A stretch of 64,000 nt of DNA from positions 103,602,001 to 103,666,000 of the forward strand of contig NC_043001.1 in NCBI RefSeq assembly GCF_006345805.1, read 5' to 3'. The DNA is from Octopus sinensis (lineage: Eukaryota). Shown here one piece after another: positions 26,451 through 38,699 of the stretch. The first letter of the stretch is position 1; each line of letters begins with the position of its first letter. Both the position numbers and the translations under genes were made by a program. The notes beneath the pieces are model-generated. The model was not told where the DNA came from. It was given only the letters and a program-made list of their open reading frames with translations, and did no database searches.

Positions 26451-27335
26451 GAATTTATAGAAGAACAAAAGACAAATGCAGGTGTATGAACAATAAGCAA
26501 GTGTATTAGTTTGACGTTCGGTAGAGTGAGAAAGTTTTCTACGTTTCGAGCCTGAGCTCTTCAACAGAAATTGATGTGGTGTGGCGGTGTGGGGATGTGA
26601 GGGTTGTGTGTGGTGTGTGGGATGAGGATGTGGGTATGGGGTAGTATGTGAGTGTGTAGGAGTGAGATGTGTGGGTGTGGATGGAGGGGGTATCAATGAA
26701 GAGAGAAGATGGGTAGGGGTAAAGGGAGGAGTAAGTGTAAGATGAAGAGAGAAGTGGAATGAGATGAAGAGGGGGAGCAAAGGAGCGAAGAGAGAAGATG
26801 AAATTCTTGTTCACGACGAAGGTGGAGTCCGGATGGTCTCTGTGCGAAGACAATCCGAACAGAGAGAGGTGTTGTAATGAACGACTGGTAGAGCGGAACT
26901 GGTGCTACGCGAACCGGTCAGCCAAGCGGCGTCCCGTTTGACTGATGTACAAAAAAGGGCAAAAAGAGCAAGAGATACTGTAAATGACGTTGGTGAAAGG
27001 AGAACAATTTGAGGTATGAGTGTGTAGTGGATGGAGGTAGTGAGAGCGGGGTTGTGTATGTTGGCCGAAATGTGACGGAAGCGTTGGAAATAGTGCAGGA
27101 GAATTCGATGGTAGGGTGAAAGGATTGGACAAAAGAGAGGAAGGATTCTAGTTGTTCGCGAGAGAGCGAGGTTTCACCGATACAGTCATTAATATAACGA
27201 CCGTATAGTTCGGGAGTGGAACCAGTGAAACATGAAAATATTTGGCTTCAACGTAGCCAACAAGCAGGTTGCATAGTTGGGGCCTGTTCTCGTTCCCATG
27301 ACCACACGCGAGTCCTGTTGGTAAAAATACCCCGC
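26448..27335 (-). pseudogene. Penelope-like retroelement remnant (RT + GIY-YIG endonuclease + 3' hammerhead), internally deleted
   Basis: Minus-strand translation gives FYQQ..VMGTRTGPNYA / VGYVEAKYF..PELYGRYINDCIG..LESFLSFVQSFHPTIEFSCTIS (PLE RT, RYIDD motif decayed), then NVIYSISCSFCPFLYISQTGRRLADRFA*H (GIY-YIG with CxxC) and ..EQEFIFSLRSFAP; stops and frameshifts present. Confidence 0.88.
26534..26570 (-). ncRNA. Minimal hammerhead-like motif with A6U core variant
   Basis: UUU-CUGUUGA-A-GAGC(UCAG)GCUC-GAAA-CG-UA-GAA, downstream of the PLE ORF remnant. Confidence 0.5.
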
Positions 27336-28336
27336 GAGCGAGAAGCAGTTGAATGAGAGAACACCATTATCGTCGTTATCACTATCACCACCCCAACATC
27401 CCTACCACCACCACCACCTTCACCATCATCACCACCACCATCACCATCACCGCCACCCCACCATCATCACCACCACCATCACCATCACCGCCACAACTAT
27501 TATCGTCCTCTCATCATCATCTCGGCCAATGCTCTCTTCAATTAAATCCCACAACTTCCCAGACTCAAAATATTCTCGAGAATTCGTTCCTCCGTTGTTT
27601 CACCATTCTTTCCAAACAGATCGTTTGCTGGAATGTCTCTTTTAGAGATATTCATTTCCTCGAAGAGTTGTTTGGGTTGTTGTTTGCTTGGTTTGTCAAA
27701 TAAAGATTGGTTTAGCATATAATCGATCGCACCAAACAATGAGGAGAAGTCGATATTTGCATTCTGTAGACTTAACGCATGTTTACGATCAATAGGAAAC
27801 GGTAGCTCCAGGCAAATGAATCTAATTGGCGAGACAAGGAGCGATGACACCGAGAGAAAATTAACGAATTTCCACACCAACAACTCTCTAATTTCGCCTT
27901 GAATCAATCTTAGAAACACGGTTAAAACTTTAACATTGAGTATAACATCATTTAGCGTAATAATCATTTTTATTTCTTTCAGTTACTGGTCTGCGGCCAT
28001 GCGGGGCAGGAACCCCGTTAAATAATTTAGTCACATTCAGTGTCACGCTGAATCTCCCCCGAGAACTACGTTAAGGGGTACACGTGACTGTAGAGTGCTC
28101 AGTCACTTGGACGCAAATTTCACGAGCAGGCTATTCCGTTGATCGGATCAACTGGAACTGTCGTCGTCGTAACCGATGGATTTCCACGATTGTAACTTTA
28201 CTTCAAAACAGCGAAGGATAATTTAGGAGAAGTTTGGCTGAAATTTTCACAGATACATCAACTAAAGGTCTCTATCACAGACAACCATTTCTGTTTATTT
28301 TGTCATTGGTAGGAATGAATGCATGTTTTTCCCTGT

Positions 28337-28731
28337 GTGGCTGTGTGGTAAGTAGCTTGCTTACCAACCACATGGTTCCGGGTTCAGTCCCACTGCGTCG
28401 CACCTTGGGGAAGTGTCTTCTACTATAGCCTCGGACCGACCAATGCCCTGTGAGTGGATTTGGTAGACAGAAAGTAAATGAAGCCCGTCGTATATATGCA
28501 TATATACATATGTACATGTATGTGTGTGTATATGTTTGTGTGTCTGTGTTTGTCCCCCCAACATTGCTTGACAACCGATGTGGTGTCTTTATGTCCCTGT
28601 AACTTAGCAGTTCGGCAAAAGAAACTGATAGAATAAGTACTTGGCTTATCGTCCTGGGGTCGATTTGCTCGATTGACTAAAGGCGGTGCTGCAGCATGGC
28701 CACAGTCAAATGACTGAAACAAGTAAAAGAG
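28337..28731 (+). mobile_element. tRNA-derived SINE, family B (full length)
   Basis: gtggctgtgtggtaagtagcttgc..ggttcagtccc..gactgaaacaagtaaaagag. Confidence 0.9.
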
Positions 28732-29817
28732 TTTCTACATACAGATTGTATAGGTTCGGAATTTTTGTGCTGCCAATAAACAGCATCGTCTCGACCTCCA
28801 CTTCATAAATTTGCATCCCGCAAGAAACTATTTCCATCAGTGACCCCTTTCGTCAGTGACCCCTTTCATCAGTGGCCCCTTTCATTAACATCCTGAACTA
28901 TATTTTTGGATCGATACATTCTTCAGCTTTTTAGCATCTTCTATACATCGTCTCCCTACTTATAAAAATGGCCGTTCCTGCAACTGTTTCTGTTCGTTTT
29001 GCCATCATCGTTGTTATCATTTAAGCCAAGTAAAACTCCGATCCGGCAGGCACCAGACCTATGATCAAAAAGCGTTCCAGCCAAGACCATCCCAACTTTT
29101 ATAAGGGAATGTCTCGGACAACAATATCTGATTTATTTTTCTTTTTGTCTAAGATGGTTGGGTTTCATTTGAGTTAAATTCTGTTGCTATTTCTTCACGT
29201 TGAGGCGACTACCTACAAGAGCTTCTCTCTCAGTTCATTTACCGTAATATAATTCTAGTTCGGTGCTGTATCATTCCCATCAACACTCGGCCACTGACAA
29301 CCATGTCAGATTAATGAATCGATTATACGAGTCAGCTGGAATTTGCCAATGAACACCAAACGAGAAAACAATATCAACAAATTCTGAAATTTTGTTTGAA
29401 CAAAATGTAATAAAATCAGAATTTCAACTAAATTTCAAAGCGTCAGAAATCGGATGTAAATATTAGATTAATTTGTTTTGTTTTTCTTTTCATTTTTGTT
29501 TTACTTTATTATGTTAAAAATCAATAAATTTTGAAATAAATTTATGCAAAAGAAATATAAACCATGAGTTTGTTGTAATTACAAAATTATAAACAAAACG
29601 TAATTAGCCTTGCGTAAGAACGTAATATGATATATATATATATACATGTGTGTGTGTGTATGTGTGTGTATATATATATGTGTGTGTATGTATATATATG
29701 CGCGTGTGTGTATGTGTGCATGTTTATATTTATGTATGTATATATATGCATATATATATATTTATATATATATATATATATTATATATATATATATGCAT
29801 ATGTATATATATATATG

Positions 29818-29927
<110 letters not shown>

Positions 29928-30630
29928 TGTATGTATGTATATGTATGTATGTATGTATACGTACGTATGTATTTATCTCTTGGTAGAAATGAAATTATAA
30001 AAAAAATGACAATATAAATCTTTCGGAGGTTAAATATTGTAGGGTCTGATTTGGCATGAAGAAATTTATCAAACAATGTATTGAATAGATCTGCTTCTAT
30101 ACAAAGGCATCATGAATGAATCTGTGTACATCAGCGTGTGTATGGCTAAGCAGTTATGTGTATATAAACGTGCGTTTAAATCCAGGTTCAAATCTTCCAA
30201 AGACGAACTTTGACTTTCGTCCTTGCCAAGACTATGGCATGTCGTACCTGTCAAATACAAGGATCAATGCATTACTAGAAGTCTTGCCCTGCAAATTTCT
30301 GTTCTGGGGTCGAAGTTAAAAGAAATGTTGCTAATCTGACAGATTCCATTCGCATATCTGATAGACCGTTTTCCATCCTTTGTTCAGGATATCGGCGTTC
30401 GGTGTTCAAATCCAGCTGAGATCAACTTTATCTCTCATGTATTCCATGTCTTTCAAATATATTTTCCACCCAGTACAGAGGTCAATGTTATTAATCATAA
30501 CTCTCTCCATAAAATTGCTGACTATTCATCATTATTGTTATTAATACTAATAACAACTGCATAAACATGAACATGATATTGAATTTTACTTATTCAAATT
30601 TTAATGAGTCTAACGTTATTTGTATTTCTT

Positions 30631-31128
30631 GATGGCGGCGAGCTGGCAGAAACGTTAGCACGCCGGGCGAAATGCTTAGCGATATTTCGTCTGCCGTTAC
30701 GCTCCGAGTTCAAATTCCGACGAGGTTGACTTTGCCTTTCATCCTTTCGGGGTCGATTAAATAAGTACCAGTTACGCACTGGGGTCGATGTAATCGATTA
30801 ATCCGTTTGTCTGTCCTTGTTTGTCCTCTCTGTGTTTAGCCCCTAGTGGGTAGTAAAGAAATAGGTATTTGGTCTGCCGCTACGTTCTGAGTTCAAATTC
30901 TGCTGAGATTGACTTTGCCTTTCATCCTTTCGGGGTCGATAAATTAAGTACCAGTTGCGTACTGGGGTCAATCTAATCGACTGGCCAATTCCCAAAATTT
31001 CTGGCCTTGTGCCTTGAGTAGAAAAATGAATCGTTAGCACACCGGTGAAATGTTTATCGGTGTTTTGTCTGCCGCTACGTTCTGAGTTCAAATTCTGCTA
31101 AGTTCGACTTTGCCATTCATCCCTTCGG
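30631..31128 (+). mobile_element. tRNA-derived SINE family A with tandem module plus adjacent partial copy
   Basis: Matches the family A body three times. Confidence 0.9.
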
Positions 31129-33213
31129 GGTGTGTGTGCGTTCAAAGAGGGAGGTCGGTGTGAAAAAAGAATACAAATTTGTCTTCGATCGGTTCAGAAT
31201 TCAGGAGGCAGAGATTACAAACCGCTAATTCCGACGACCTAACAATCCTTCATATTTTACCACAATGTAACTGTTTTTGTTGCAGCTCATTATTTTAGAC
31301 CAAATCGCATTCAAAATATTTATAACTCAAGAATTTGTTAAGGATCAAATCCAGTTTTGGCTTGATCCCTTTGGTGCACTTTCAGAAATATATGGATTTC
31401 AGCAGTGAAACTGATGAGAAGAGAAACACATATATTTTCTTTTCGTTTTAATGTTCCATAGAAAACATTTGGGTTAATCGTTGATCGATGCCCTTAACTC
31501 CTTCAATAATGTTGTTGATGTTGTTGTTGCTGCTTCTGATTTGGCTGCTGCTATTGCTTTTTTTTTGTTAAGCAACAGGACGGGTAAGGGTGATTAGGTG
31601 ATGGTCTAGGGCTTAGGGGCGGGAGACCCCAGACCTTAGAAAAAAAACTCTGGTCGTCTTGTTGTAGTCGAGGGCTCTTCGTTGACGTTCGGCACCAGTA
31701 GGAGGTGGCCCTCGAAGTCGCTGGAAATGGAGATCTCCAGGTCCAAATTCTTGACCGGCTGCTACTGCTGCCGCCACAGCTGGTGTTGTTGTTGTCGTTG
31801 TTGTTGTTTACGTTCAACTCAGTTCAAATATGTTCCATTCAACACCACCATCTTCCTTTGTCCGGCAATATCTGTAAAACTACATCACCCAATGTGTCCC
31901 TGCTTTTTGATGATATTTAGGAGTCAGTTGAGAAAAATTTAGGTGCTGTTTCTAATGGCAGTAAATTGCACAGAAGCCCCCCACCTTTGGCACATGGAAA
32001 AGTTCCCTGTTGGCATATCGTTGACTTCAATTCTCTCCCACCTTCTGAGACTGAATGTTAAAAACTGAAGTACAACTAAGGCCAGAAAGTAATAACATTG
32101 AAATATATCAGCGAGCAAAATATTGGTAGTACCTCTATTTCAAAGGGCCAGCCTTGTCGCACTCTGTGTCATGCTGAATCTCCCTGGGAGCTACATTAAG
32201 GCTACACGTGTCTGTGGAGGGCTCAGCCACCCGCGCGTTAATCTCACGTTGTTCCATTGTTCATATTAACTGGAACCCTCGTCGTAACCGACGGAATGCC
32301 AGTTTCCAAAGCATGTGTTTCGTTTTATTGACAGGGTGAAATGTCAATTATATGCGATAATACAATAGTCAATATATGTTCTGTATTGCATTTATCCATT
32401 TCTTGTTATCATAACTAAATATTGGAATTATTTAATAATGTACGATTGTTTGGTTTTATGCTTATTGTTATTATTCAATAGTCTTGTTTCCATTTCACAC
32501 TTTCAATGCACATCCGGGTACAACCGTGCATCAGAGCTATGCGTAATGCATTTTGTTTTCTATTTTAATGAAAGCCATCTACATAATGTGAGCAACACCT
32601 GGTAGAGATATTTCCTGTATGATGTCTATATCACTTTCATCCACATATTATTTTGCATCTTTATTTTCTTAATTATCCTCCAGGCATCTATTATTATACA
32701 TTCTTCTCATCACTCTTTACACGAAGTTATCTTCTCTAGTTCTTTAACGATAGATTATCGTCTTCTGGGACTGGTATTTCCATTAAGAAGGTTCTATATT
32801 TCTTCGCCGGTGGCCCTTTACTAGTAATCGATTTGCTTTGATCTCCTATTCTATATAGATTAGCTTTTTCACTCTCTAACAATTTTTCTGGTAAACGCTT
32901 ATACTACCGTTTTTTTCTTTTTTTTTGCGGTGTATTATAATTTACTCAGAGATTATCTGACCAGTTTGGAATATAGTTTGCGTTGCTTCTTGTAAAAGGA
33001 TATATACATATGTATGTATGATAACTATACATAATATCATAAGGATACTTATTCTCCGATTTTCAAACGGCAATTTTTAAGTATGAACAAATGACCGAAA
33101 AGAGCTAACCTCAGGCGGATTCGAACCCGCAAAGCAATGCTTTCATGGCTCCTTGCAAATCTGATTGGCCAAACGTTCACTCGCTCATTTCAGTCAAATT
33201 TAGTTAATATATA

Positions 33214-33444
33214 TATTTCTTTACTACCCACAAGGGTCTAAACATAGACGGGACAAACAAGGACAGACAAACGGATTAAGTCGATTATATCGACCCCAGT
33301 GCGTCACTGGTACTTATTTAATCGACCCGAAATGATGAAAGGCAAAGTCGACCTCGCCGGAATTTGAACTCAGAACGTAACAGGCAGACGAAATACGGCA
33401 ACGCATTTCGCCCGGCGTGCTAACGTTTCTGCCAGCTCGCTGCC
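33214..33444 (-). mobile_element. Short family A SINE variant with 25-bp target-site duplication
   Basis: ttcagtcaaatttagttaatatata at 33189-33213 and again at 33445-33469 flanks the element. Confidence 0.92.
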
Positions 33445-33648
33445 TTCAGTCAAATTTAGTTAATATATACTTAAACTGTCTTAATACTACATAAATAATA
33501 TTTTAATAAACAAACCCGAAAGGCTTTGCGAGTTACGGAGAGAAAGCTACTATAGAAGGATCGTAGTACAATAACTGTGGTTAGCTCATCATTTTTCGGC
33601 CATTTGTTTATATCTAAAAATTGTCGCTTCAAAATGGGAGAATAATAT

Positions 33649-33694
<46 letters not shown>

Positions 33695-33697
<3 letters not shown>

Positions 33698-33990
33698 AGG
33701 CGCAATGGCCCAGTGGTTAGGGCAGCGGACTCGCGGTTTCGATTCCCAGACCGGGAGTTATGAGTGTTTATTGAGCGAAAACACCTAAAGCTCCACGAGG
33801 TTCCGGCAGGGGGGCGGGGTGATCCCTGCTGTACTCTATCGCCGCAACTTTCTCTCACTCTTTCTTCTGTTGGCCTGATTGCTTAGCCAGCGGGTTGGCG
33901 TCATTTGAAGGCTAAAACAATGCAAAGCGCATTGTAACCAGCGATGTGTAGCAACATCTGATAGCCTGATCGGTCACGGTGATCACGGTG
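33695..33990 (+). mobile_element. tRNA-derived SINE, family C (tail type 2)
   Basis: ggaggcgcaatggcccagtggttagggcagcgg.. head with A/B-box-like motifs; tail ..cggtcacggtgatcacggtgata. Confidence 0.9.
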
Positions 33991-34798
33991 ATATATATTT
34001 ATATACGACAGCGTGTGTGCATGTTTGTATGTGCCGAACCGCTAAGTTAAAGGCATATAAACAAACCAGCAATAGATAAGTCGTGGTAGGGAACAAACAC
34101 CGATGGAGTGCCAGTAATAATTTTGAAACATATGTAATGTAAGTTGCACCTTTCTATTATAAATAAACTCAAACATTTCTGATGAAACACAAAATGTAGT
34201 CACAAAACAAATGTTCTTTCTCTGCCCCCCCTCGCTCTCTCGTTCAATCGTGCGCCGTTCTCAGACAGTCTTTCTAGTTTGTGAAATATCATTTGACTCA
34301 CGTAACACATCCCAAATTGCAAAAAAAATGTTTCATCAGAAGACTCATGGTAGTGTCGTTTGACTCGCGTAACAATTCGCAAATTGCAGAAAATATTTCA
34401 TCAGTGGACTCATGGACCGCGGTCTCAGCGTCACGAAGATTATATAGCAATTTGAACGTGAAACACGTTCGCGTGTGTGAGTGCATGGGGTAGAACGAGC
34501 AGTCAGGTAAAGTTTGATGTGTCTTTCAGTACGAATTAAATAACATATTTGATTCTACTTTTAATAACGTGTCTCCACTTCAGTAAATATTCAGCAACCC
34601 TCCAAATATATTAATCTTAACGCGTATACACATGCGCTCGCCTACTGACACGTTGCTATACAATGATATAGATACAGATAGATAAATAGTTATATGTATG
34701 TATATGCACGTTTGTATAAATACATTCATACATGTGAGTGTGTGTATATATATATGTATATATACACTTATACACACAGAGATAGATAGATAGATGGG

Positions 34799-34837
<39 letters not shown>

Positions 34838-35009
34838 CCCTGTATTGTTCCTAACAGTTTAACCTTTATGGCGACACTATTAAGGAAGCGGTACTTTCGT
34901 TTCAAAGTGAAGTGAAGATAATGCAGTCGCGTTAGAATTCCATTTTTTCTTACTACTTTTTGCATACGTCACCTGACTCCACGATTGCATAAAAAATGGG
35001 AGAGAGAGA

Positions 35010-35054
<45 letters not shown>

Positions 35055-35343
35055 AGAGAGAGAGAATAGTGAATTAACAATTTGAGCAAATCATAAATGG
35101 AAGCCTTTTTAAATATATGACATTTCAATGTTTGTTCATATTGATTTTTCTGTTAAAAATATTTTTTATCTCTATGCATTTATCCATATCACACACACAC
35201 ACGCATTATATCTATATCTATTTATTGATCTATCTATACCCACATGCACTCACAAACATACACCAACACACACATACCTCCACACATGTACGCTCACGCA
35301 CAGGTCCACACATATATATTATATCTATATATCTATTTATATG

Positions 35344-35539
35344 CATTGATCCCTCGATTATCGCGGTGAAAATCCCCGAAGTAGAACCAGTACTGTATAG
35401 AATATATTTTTTTAAAATTATTTATATAATTTGTATATATTTATTTTATCATAAATGCGAAACAACATCAGGGAAGAATCGACGTAAGATTAATTAACAA
35501 ACCGCGATAGGTGAACCGCGATATGGCGAGGGATTATTG
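35344..35539. mobile_element. pogo/Tigger-type MITE
   Basis: Terminal inverted repeats (ca)ttgatccctcgattatcgcgg / ccgcgatatggcgagggattattg(ta). Confidence 0.55.
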
Positions 35540-35549
35540 TATGTATATG

Positions 35550-35708
35550 GCACCAGTGACGTTGCAACTCATTTCTTAGCTGAGTGAACTGGAGCAACAT
35601 GAAATAAAGTGTCTTGCTCAAGAACACAACACGCAGCCTGGGATGGAATCGAATTGACAACCTCACGATCGTAAGCTCGACGCTCTAACCACTGAGCCAT
35701 GCGCCTTC
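35550..35708 (-). mobile_element. tRNA-derived SINE, family D (5' part)
   Basis: Head aggcgcatggctcagtggttagagcgtcgagcttacgatcgtgagg.. followed by ..cttgagcaagacacttt.. central domain. Confidence 0.75.
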
Positions 35709-35717
35709 ATACACACG

Positions 35718-35766
<49 letters not shown>

Positions 35767-35773
<7 letters not shown>

Positions 35774-36066
35774 ATCACGTGACCGACAAGGCTATCAGAT
35801 GTTGCTACACATCACTGGTCACAATGCACTTCGCATTGTTTTAGCCTTCAAGTGATGCCACCCCTCTGGCTTAGCGAGCAGGCCAACAGAAGAAAGAGTG
35901 AGAGTGGCAAAAGAGTACGGCAGGGATCGCCACCATCCCCTGCCGGAACCTCTAGGAGTTTTAGGTGTTTTCGCGCAATAAACACTCACAACGCCCGGTC
36001 TGGGAATCGAAACCGCGATCCTACGACCGCGAGTCCGCTGCCCTAACCACTGGGCCTTTGCGCCCC
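35767..36066 (-). mobile_element. tRNA-derived SINE, family C (tail type 2)
   Basis: Inverted homologue of 33695-33990. Confidence 0.9.
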
Positions 36067-36254
36067 CCACCACACACACATGCATATACATATACTTACT
36101 TTTACCTATAGGCGCAGGCGTGGCAGTGAGGTAAGACGTTTGCCTCTCGACCATGGTACAGGCCCACTGCGTGGCACCTTGAGCGACTGACTTGTACCAA
36201 AGCCTCGGACCGACTTATGACTCGATTTGGTAGACAGAAACTGAAAGAACCCCA

Positions 36255-36303
<49 letters not shown>

Positions 36304-36369
36304 ATTTTATTTTTATTTTATCTAGTTTCAGCTCACGAGCTGTGGCCATATCAAATTTTGACAATGCTC

Positions 36370-36688
36370 ATATATATATATATATATATGAGCGGTTTTT
36401 TTCCAACTTTAAATATGCACTCATAAATGTAAGGCATATATATATATATATATGAGCGGTTTTTTTCCAACTTTAAATATATACACTCATAAATGTAAGG
36501 CATATATATATATATATGAGCGGTTTTTTTCCAACTTTAAATATGCACTCATAAATGTAAGGCATATATATATATATATGAGCGGTTTTTTTCCAACTTT
36601 AAATATGCACTCATAAATGTAAGGCATATATATATATATATGAGCGGTTTTTTTCCAACTTTAAATATGCACTCATAAATGTAAGGCA
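36370..36688 (+). repeat. Five tandem copies of a 62-64 bp unit, each starting in a (TA)n tract
   Basis: tatgagcggtttttttccaactttaaatatgcactcataaatgtaaggca begins at about 36387, 36451, 36515, 36577 and 36639. Confidence 0.95.
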
Positions 36689-36689
36689 T

Positions 36690-37829
36690 TGTCAAAATTT
36701 TTCCTCTAGAGGTTAGTGTGTTTTGATTTTTTTATTTTATTGATTTTTGTGTATTTTCAGAACATTAAAATGGAAAGTTAAGTGGATAAAACTGAGCATT
36801 TTCAACACCGTTTGCTTTTGCACTTAATTGGGATGTTAAGGCTGCCGCGGTTGCTCGTGAGATTTGTGCTCTGGATGGAGGAGTAATGCCTCAAAGTACC
36901 GCTCGACGTTGGTTTTCTCGCTTCAAAAACGGGAATTTTGATCTCAAGGACGGATCACAACTGAATTCGATGAAGAGTGTTTGAATCAACTTCTTCACTA
37001 CAATCCATGTCAAACGACCAGAGAATTGGCGGAGCAGGTGGATTGTGATAAAGAACTGTGGTGAACCACCTTCATTCAATGGGCAAGGTTCAGAAATCTG
37101 GCACTAGGGTTCTACACACTTCGAGCGAAATCAACAAAAATCCACGCTATACAATCAGCTCCAGTTTCCTCGCTCAACACCACTCAACACATGGTCACAA
37201 ACAGTGTTCCCTTTACCGCATTGTCATTGGCAATGAAAAATGGTGCCTTTACTTCAACATGAAGCCGTGAAAAGAATGGCTCAGCCCCAACAAACAAGCG
37301 ACTCCGCGTGCAAAACAAGACCTTCATCCTCGAAAGACCTTGTTGTGTGTATGGTGGGATTAGGAAAGCATGATTCATTACAAACTGCGCTTGAGCGCAA
37401 CCAAACACTCAACAACTTCACCGACTGAATGAAGCAATTCAGCAAAAAAGACCATATAGGCAACATGACAACACCCGTCCTCACGTCGCCAAAATGACCA
37501 AAGATGCGATTAAAGAACTCAAATGGGAAGTGCTACCTCACCCTCCATACTCTTCAGACTTGCCGCCGTCAGATTTTCATCTCTTTCGACCGCTTTCCAA
37601 CGCTTTGTGAGGTGTAGCTTTCAATAGTGACATGGAATTGAGGGTTTGGTTGGACGGATTCTTTGAGTCAAGACCGGAAGATTTCTAACGCCGAGGTATC
37701 GGAAAACTTATTGAACGATGGGAGGAAGTCGTAAACAACAAAGGAGAGAATATTGATTAATTTGTTGTAGTCATTTTGTTTAAAATAAATTTGAAAACAA
37801 ACGCTCAGGAATTATTCCTCAACTCAATA
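36690..37829 (+). pseudogene. mariner (DD34D) transposase pseudogene / DNA transposon fossil
   Basis: ATG at 36770; GNEKWCLYFN, QHDNTRPHVAKMTKDAIKELKWEVLPHPPYSSDLPPSDFHLFRPL (34 aa between the 2nd and 3rd D), ..RGIGKLIERWEEVVNNKGE; stops and frameshifts; 3' TIR-like end ..cctcaactcaaTA; 5' TIR not found. Confidence 0.93.
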
Positions 37830-38080
37830 TGTGTCTTTATGTCTCAGTTCACTACCACCTCTTGACACCGCTGTTGATGTGTTTACATCCTCGTAAATTA
37901 GGGGTTCGACAAAAGAGACCGATATAATAAATACCAGGCTATAAAAAAGCTCGGGTTTGATTCATTTAGGTAAAAATTCTTCAAGGTGGTGCCCCAGCAT
38001 GGCCGTAGTCTAATGACTGAAACAAGTAAAACATTTGTAAGAATATGGATTTTAAGCATTTGTGTTACTATTTTAATATC

Positions 38081-38699
38081 CTTTTCTAATCTAGGTACAA
38101 GGCCCGAAATTTGTGGGGAGGGATCCAGTCGATTAGTTCAACCTCAGTACGCAACTGCTACTTAAGTTATCGACCCCGAAAAGATAAGTCGACCTCGGTG
38201 GAATTTAATCGACCCCGAAAGGATGAAAGCAAAGTCGACCTCAGCAGAATTTGAACTCAGAACGATGTGGCAAACGAAATACCTATTTCTTTACTACCCA
38301 CAAGGGGCTAAACACAGAGGGGATAAACAAGGACAGACAAACGGATTAAGTCGATTACATCGACCCCAGTGCGTAAGTGGTACTTATTTAATCGACCCTG
38401 AAAGGATGAATGGTAAAGTCGACCTCGGCGGAATTTGAACTCAGAACGATGTGGCAAACGAAATACTTATTTCTTTACTACCCACAAGGGGCTAAACACA
38501 GAGGGGACAAACAAGGACACACAAACGGATTAAGTCAATTACATCGACCCCAGTGTGTAACTGGTACTTATTTAATCGACCCTGAAAGGATGAATGGTAA
38601 AGTCGACCTCGGCGGAATTCGAACTCAGAACGTAGCGGCAGACGAAATACGGCTACGCATTTCGCCCAGCGTGCTAACGTTTCTGCCAGCTCGCCGCCT
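38081..38699 (-). mobile_element. Family A SINE with two internal tandem modules and 17-18 bp TSD
   Basis: (t)gttactattttaatatc at 38063-38080 and 38700-38717; module period about 184 bp. Confidence 0.92.

Noticed and set aside
28835-28885. Three 16-bp tandem repeats giving CTGATGA/CTGACGA..GAAA on the minus strand
   Set aside because: Core-like words come from the repeat unit; stems I and III do not form.
32500-32900. Possible gypsy integrase-like words (YRIGD..KGPP) on the minus strand
   Set aside because: Too short and degenerate to support.
33100-33180. tRNA-like GGTTCGAATCC on the minus strand
   Set aside because: Only a T-arm-like half; no cloverleaf. Probably a decayed SINE head, not a tRNA gene.
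34291-34414. Two diverged ~63-bp tandem copies
   Set aside because: Old local duplication with no further supportable function.
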